From: Azolla caroliniana
Lineage: Eukaryota; Plantae; Polypodiophyta
Direction: 5' to 3'
DNA: 64,000 nt
Assembly: GCA_043228905.1 (NCBI GenBank)
Contig: JBHGNT010000018.1
Span: 14,446,001-14,510,000, forward strand
In this document: positions 60,211 through 64,000 of the stretch, in pieces
Layout: each line of letters opens with the position of its first letter
Position numbering within the stretch: position 1 is the first letter of the stretch
Notes under the pieces: generated by a model
Databases searched by the model: none
Told to the model about the DNA's origin: nothing
What the model saw: the letters and a program-made list of their open reading frames with translations, nothing else
Made by a program: the position numbers and the translations under genes

Positions 60211-62311
60211 GCACAAAGAAACGTTATATTGCTCAATAACAACAGTTACAAATGACAACCAACCACCAACTAAAGGTTACAAAGTCACTTTATATAGTGA
60301 CTATCCTAGGGCAACTGCCCTTTATGCTATTTACAGAAATAGCCCAAACTTGGGTTGTCCAAAGGGACAGTGTGAATACGGCCATTATACACTCGTATTC
60401 GACATCCGAGAGAGAAGAGCCCCCCGAAGATTTCCAGATGCAGAGCATGTGTTGCTAACCGATGAGAGGGAGCCAGAAAGCTTTAAAGAAGCAAGGGGAG
60501 ACACCCACAGCCGCAAGTGGTTGAGTGCCATGCAGGATGAGATAGATTCCTTGCATGAGAATCACACATACGAATTGGTGGAGTTGCCGAAAGGAAAGAG
60601 GGCACTCCGGAACAAGTGGGTGTACAAGCTAAAACCGGGAGACGCCGGAAATCCACCAAGGTATAAGGTCCGAATCGTGGTGAAGGGCTTCCAGCAGAAG
60701 AAAGGAGTGGACTTCGATGAGATCTTTGCCCCGGTAGTAAAGATGACATCCATCCGGATGGTATTGGGCATAACAGCAAGCTTGGACCTCGAGGTAGAGC
60801 AACTGGACGTGAAGACGGCATTCCTCCATGGTGACCTCTAAGAGGAGATCTACATGCATCAACCACAAGGATTTGAGAAGAAAGGAAAGGAGCACCTAGT
60901 GTGCAAGCTGAAGAAGAGCTTATACAGATTGAAGCAAGCTCCCCGGCAATGGTACCAGAAGTTCGACTTCGTCATGACCGACCAAGGGTACCACAAGACG
61001 CAGGCCGATCACTGCGTGTTTGTGAAGAAATTTGATGGAGAAGATTTCATGATACTCCTCCTGTATGTGGATGATATGTTGATCGTCAGACGAGATGAAG
61101 GCAATAATCGGACGCTGAAGAAGGCTTTGAATCAGACCTTCTCAATGAAAGACTTGGGACCAGCAAGACAGATATTGAGAATGCACATCATTCGGGACCA
61201 ATCGAAGAAGTTGTTGTGGTTGTCACAAGAGAAGTATGTGACAAAGGTGCTTCAACGATTCAACATGGTCGACACTTCCGGAAAACTGCAAGCTATCTGG
61301 AAAACAAAACCCGAAGACAAAGGCGGAGAAGGCGGATATGATGAAGACACCATATGCCTCTGTCATTGGGAGCTTGATGTACGCAATGGTATGTACCCGG
61401 CCGGATATCGGATATGCAGTCAGAGTGGTGAGCCAGTTCATGAGCAATCCCGGCAAAGAGCATTGGAACGCGGTCAAGTGGATACTCCGGTATGTGAAAG
61501 GCACTTCGAGTATGTGCCTCCAGTTTGGTTCCGGTAATCCCCAACTTGACAGATTCACGGATTCGGATATGTCGGTTGTTGTGGATACCATCCGATCTAC
61601 ATCCGGATATGTAATGACTTATGCAAGGGGAGTTATATCATGCCAGTTGAGGCTGCAAAAGACGGTTGCGTTGTCAACCACGGAGGCGGAGTACATGGCA
61701 GTTGTAGAAGCCGGCAAGTAGATAATCTAGATGAAGGACTTCATCTGAGAGCTAGGGATCCAATAGGAGGAATACCGACTCTATTGCGATAGTCAAAGCG
61801 CCATCCACCTTGCAAAGAACGCGGACTGCCATTCAAGAATGAAGCACATCCAGCGTAGGTACCATTGGACCCGGGAGTGAGTTGAAGATCGAGAGTTCGT
61901 GTTGACGAAGACCCACACAGAGGAGAACGGATCGGATATGCTAACCAAAGTGCTGACACCCGACAAGCTGGACGCATGCCGGACGCGGATCGGACTTACA
62001 AGACATCCCAAACCGGAGTGAAGGGGGAGATTGTTGGGAAATCGGTCTCTCCGGATGGGATACGGTGATGAATAAAGAGGACCCGGTGAGAACCGGAAGA
62101 GATCCAGAAACCGGATTAGTGGACCCGGTGAGAACCGGAAGAGAAGATAGATTTGTAAATATGTCTTGAATAAGTTCATTGACGCTATATTTGTAAATAG
62201 CCCTAAGTTCATATAACTATAAATATGACTTAGGGCAATCACTTTAGCATGTGTGATTGTGTTGTTGTCATATTGTTGTAATTGTTGTACAGAGTGAGAG
62301 GGAGAGAGGGA

Positions 62312-63550
62312 GATAGATAGATAGATAGATAGATTATATTATCGTCTTCGGAGGTCAAATATGACCTATGAGACCAAAAATATTACATTTCACGTGATAC
62401 GTGTGAAAGTGAGTAGTGACTCTCGATGTTCAAGAACTTTACCAATGAATGTTGCAATCGAGAGTGCACATTGTGGTTGTGAGAGGAATTCATGCAAAGA
62501 TTGGGCTCGATTGAAGAGATGTGGAAAGCATGGTCGAATATGATCAAAGGCAGAGCATTGTATCAAAGTGTGATACTCAGACTCGCGAACTTGTTTAGGG
62601 CAAAGTGTGCATAGCCGACCACTCTCATCACTTGTACCCCAACGCCCTGTTTCACATCGTAATGCATGTGAGCTAAGTCGCATGGAAGCAATGGTTCGAA
62701 TGGAAGATAACGGTATGGGCTCTAACATGTATGGATGTGTACGATTTCCCCGTTCCACAAAGAATATGGTTTTGTAATTAGGTGCAACATGTGTAGTATA
62801 ATGTGTGAAGCGTGAGCCTCCAAATTTGTCCCATGTCATGATACATTGGCATTGCAAAAAGGCCTCATTTACAGAGGAATCTAATGATGCATCATGAAGC
62901 AAGTGTCTTGCATCCCATCTACCAAACCAAATTTCTATATCTTGCATCCAACCGAAACACAAAATTTTGCTTTTATGCGTCTTTTGTATCTTTTTGCTTG
63001 CTTCCCACGCAATTCTAGGAAGTCGATGTGAGGGACTTTTTTGAACCTTAAGCATGTACTCAACAACCCTTTCCATGGCCATGATCTCAATGGGAAGCGA
63101 TCCCGTCTCAAGGAGGAGGAGGGTGTAGGGCGTTTGTTTCTTAACTTGTAGAAACTTGGTAAGAAAATGCTTTTGGACATTTTCAAACTCTTTCCACATA
63201 GATTTAGGGATGCTACCGCCCCATACTTCCACCCCATAGAGAAGAACCGGTGTCACCAAAGTGTCGAAAAGATATTTCTTGAGGACCCAACACTTAATAT
63301 CTCCAAGATTGCATGTGTTCTCAAATGCATAGTATGCTCGCTTGCCCGCCTCTAAACGGCGTGTAGCACATTCATTCCATCTATGATTTGAAGGAACTTC
63401 AAGGCCAAGATATTTGAAGCTTTCCACACATTCAAGTGGCTCATTGTTGTACATAATGCATGGTTTATCTCTTTTTTGGCTCTTCACAAGCATAATCTTT
63501 GTTTTAGAGCTATTGAGACTTAATTTAGTATGCATGCAATTAACATGCAT
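62312..63550 (-). mobile_element. Element L: 5'-truncated non-LTR retrotransposon (LINE) with an (ATCT)n tail
   Basis: RT C-terminal motifs LNSSKTKIM and FKYLG; terminal ETGRW..CTLC..EYHTLIQC; short 3' UTR and tetranucleotide tail at ~62312-62334. Confidence 0.88.
62390..63550 (-). CDS. C-terminal part of the LINE RT protein with a CCHC-type finger
   Basis: 386-aa open frame; the N-terminal RT core and endonuclease are missing. Confidence 0.8.
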   Translation of the reverse strand: MHVNCMHTKLSLNSSKTKIMLVKSQKRDKPCIMYNNEPLECVESFKYLGLEVPSNHRWNECATRRLEAGKRAYYAFENTCNLGDIKCWVLKKYLFDTLVTPVLLYGVEVWGGSIPKSMWKEFENVQKHFLTKFLQVKKQTPYTLLLLETGSLPIEIMAMERVVEYMLKVQKSPSHRLPRIAWEASKKIQKTHKSKILCFGWMQDIEIWFGRWDARHLLHDASLDSSVNEAFLQCQCIMTWDKFGGSRFTHYTTHVAPNYKTIFFVERGNRTHPYMLEPIPLSSIRTIASMRLSSHALRCETGRWGTSDESGRLCTLCPKQVRESEYHTLIQCSAFDHIRPCFPHLFNRAQSLHEFLSQPQCALSIATFIGKVLEHRESLLTFTRIT

Positions 63551-64000
63551 GTATGCATGCAGGCTTGGCTACAAAACTCTTTTGAGGGTGACCATTCAAT
63601 CGTTCTGGTAGTGAAGTCAAAGTTGTCACAGACTAAATGGAGAATACTAACCATAATTTCCTCTAAAATTCATCACTCAATAAAGTCACTAAGGAAATTA
63701 CTTAATTGATTTTTCAGGTATTAACTCTTTTGAGAAGGATTATTCAATCTTTCTTGGTAGTGAATTCAGAGTGTTGTAGCATAGGTTCACATAACGTACT
63801 AAATTTATTCACTTGGGAAAGCATGAAAGGAAGGATTTATATGTGGTATTTGTAGTAGGTATCATTTGGCAAATTTTTTGAAGGAAGTCCCAAAAATCAA
63901 GAGGTTGAGCTTGCACATCTAAAGAAAGCATTGTCTCTTGCAAACAACAAGAAAACTCAAAGAGAATACAATGTATCTATATTTGATGATTTATAATAAT

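Larger units (their letters stand above)
47854..60404 (-). mobile_element. Element K: decayed Copia with short (CA)n-containing LTRs, hosting H
   Basis: LTRs 47854-48161 and 60099-60404; PBS 60085-60096 (tRNA-iMet); PPT GGGGGAG; TSD TCCGG/TCCGA; gag 59414-58670 fused directly to integrase; RT/RNase H at 56458-57700 and 48436-48674. Confidence 0.92.
44846..62311 (+). mobile_element. Element J: decayed Copia of the E family, hosting K and H
   Basis: 5' LTR 44846-45400; PBS TGGTATCAAAGC at 45404; gag to integrase 45430-47853; RT and RNase H 60410-62021; PPT; 3' LTR from 62032, cut by the LINE. Confidence 0.92.

Noticed and set aside
63551-64000. Possible gene or continuation of the J LTR after the LINE
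   Set aside because: AT-rich with no meaningful ORF and no match to the J LTR; only a short degenerate duplication (~63577-63625 versus ~63725-63776).

Overview
This window is a gene-free pile of nested plant transposable elements; no host gene, rRNA, intact tRNA or CRISPR array is supported. The tRNA-iMet/Trp/Arg primer sites and the Gypsy types suggest a non-seed land plant (inference). Element labels are mine. From left to right: decayed Copia A (<1-5256); non-autonomous tRNA-Trp-primed Gypsy B (5405-19438, minus), which hosts single-ORF element C (6803-10147), intact young Copia D (10159-15550) and solo LTR S1; minus-strand Copia E (19574-39009), which hosts solo LTR S2 and truncated Gypsy G, itself interrupted by full-length Gypsy F with an extra 3' ORF; Copia I, interrupted by a 2-kb TIR element; Copia J, which hosts Copia K, which hosts near-complete Gypsy H; and a 5'-truncated LINE. 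The most notable signals belong to the tRNA-Trp-primed Gypsy group: (1) a conserved -1 frameshift cassette (G_GAU_UUU plus a predicted pseudoknot) between protease and RT; (2) an antisense tRNA-like A/B-box module shared by otherwise dissimilar LTRs; (3) 4-bp target-site duplications centred on CG; (4) a conserved hairpin before an atypical PPT; (5) a pol-less element carrying an intact 599-aa acidic Cys/His-repeat ORF. All coordinates were read by eye and may be off by a few bases; no database searches were run.
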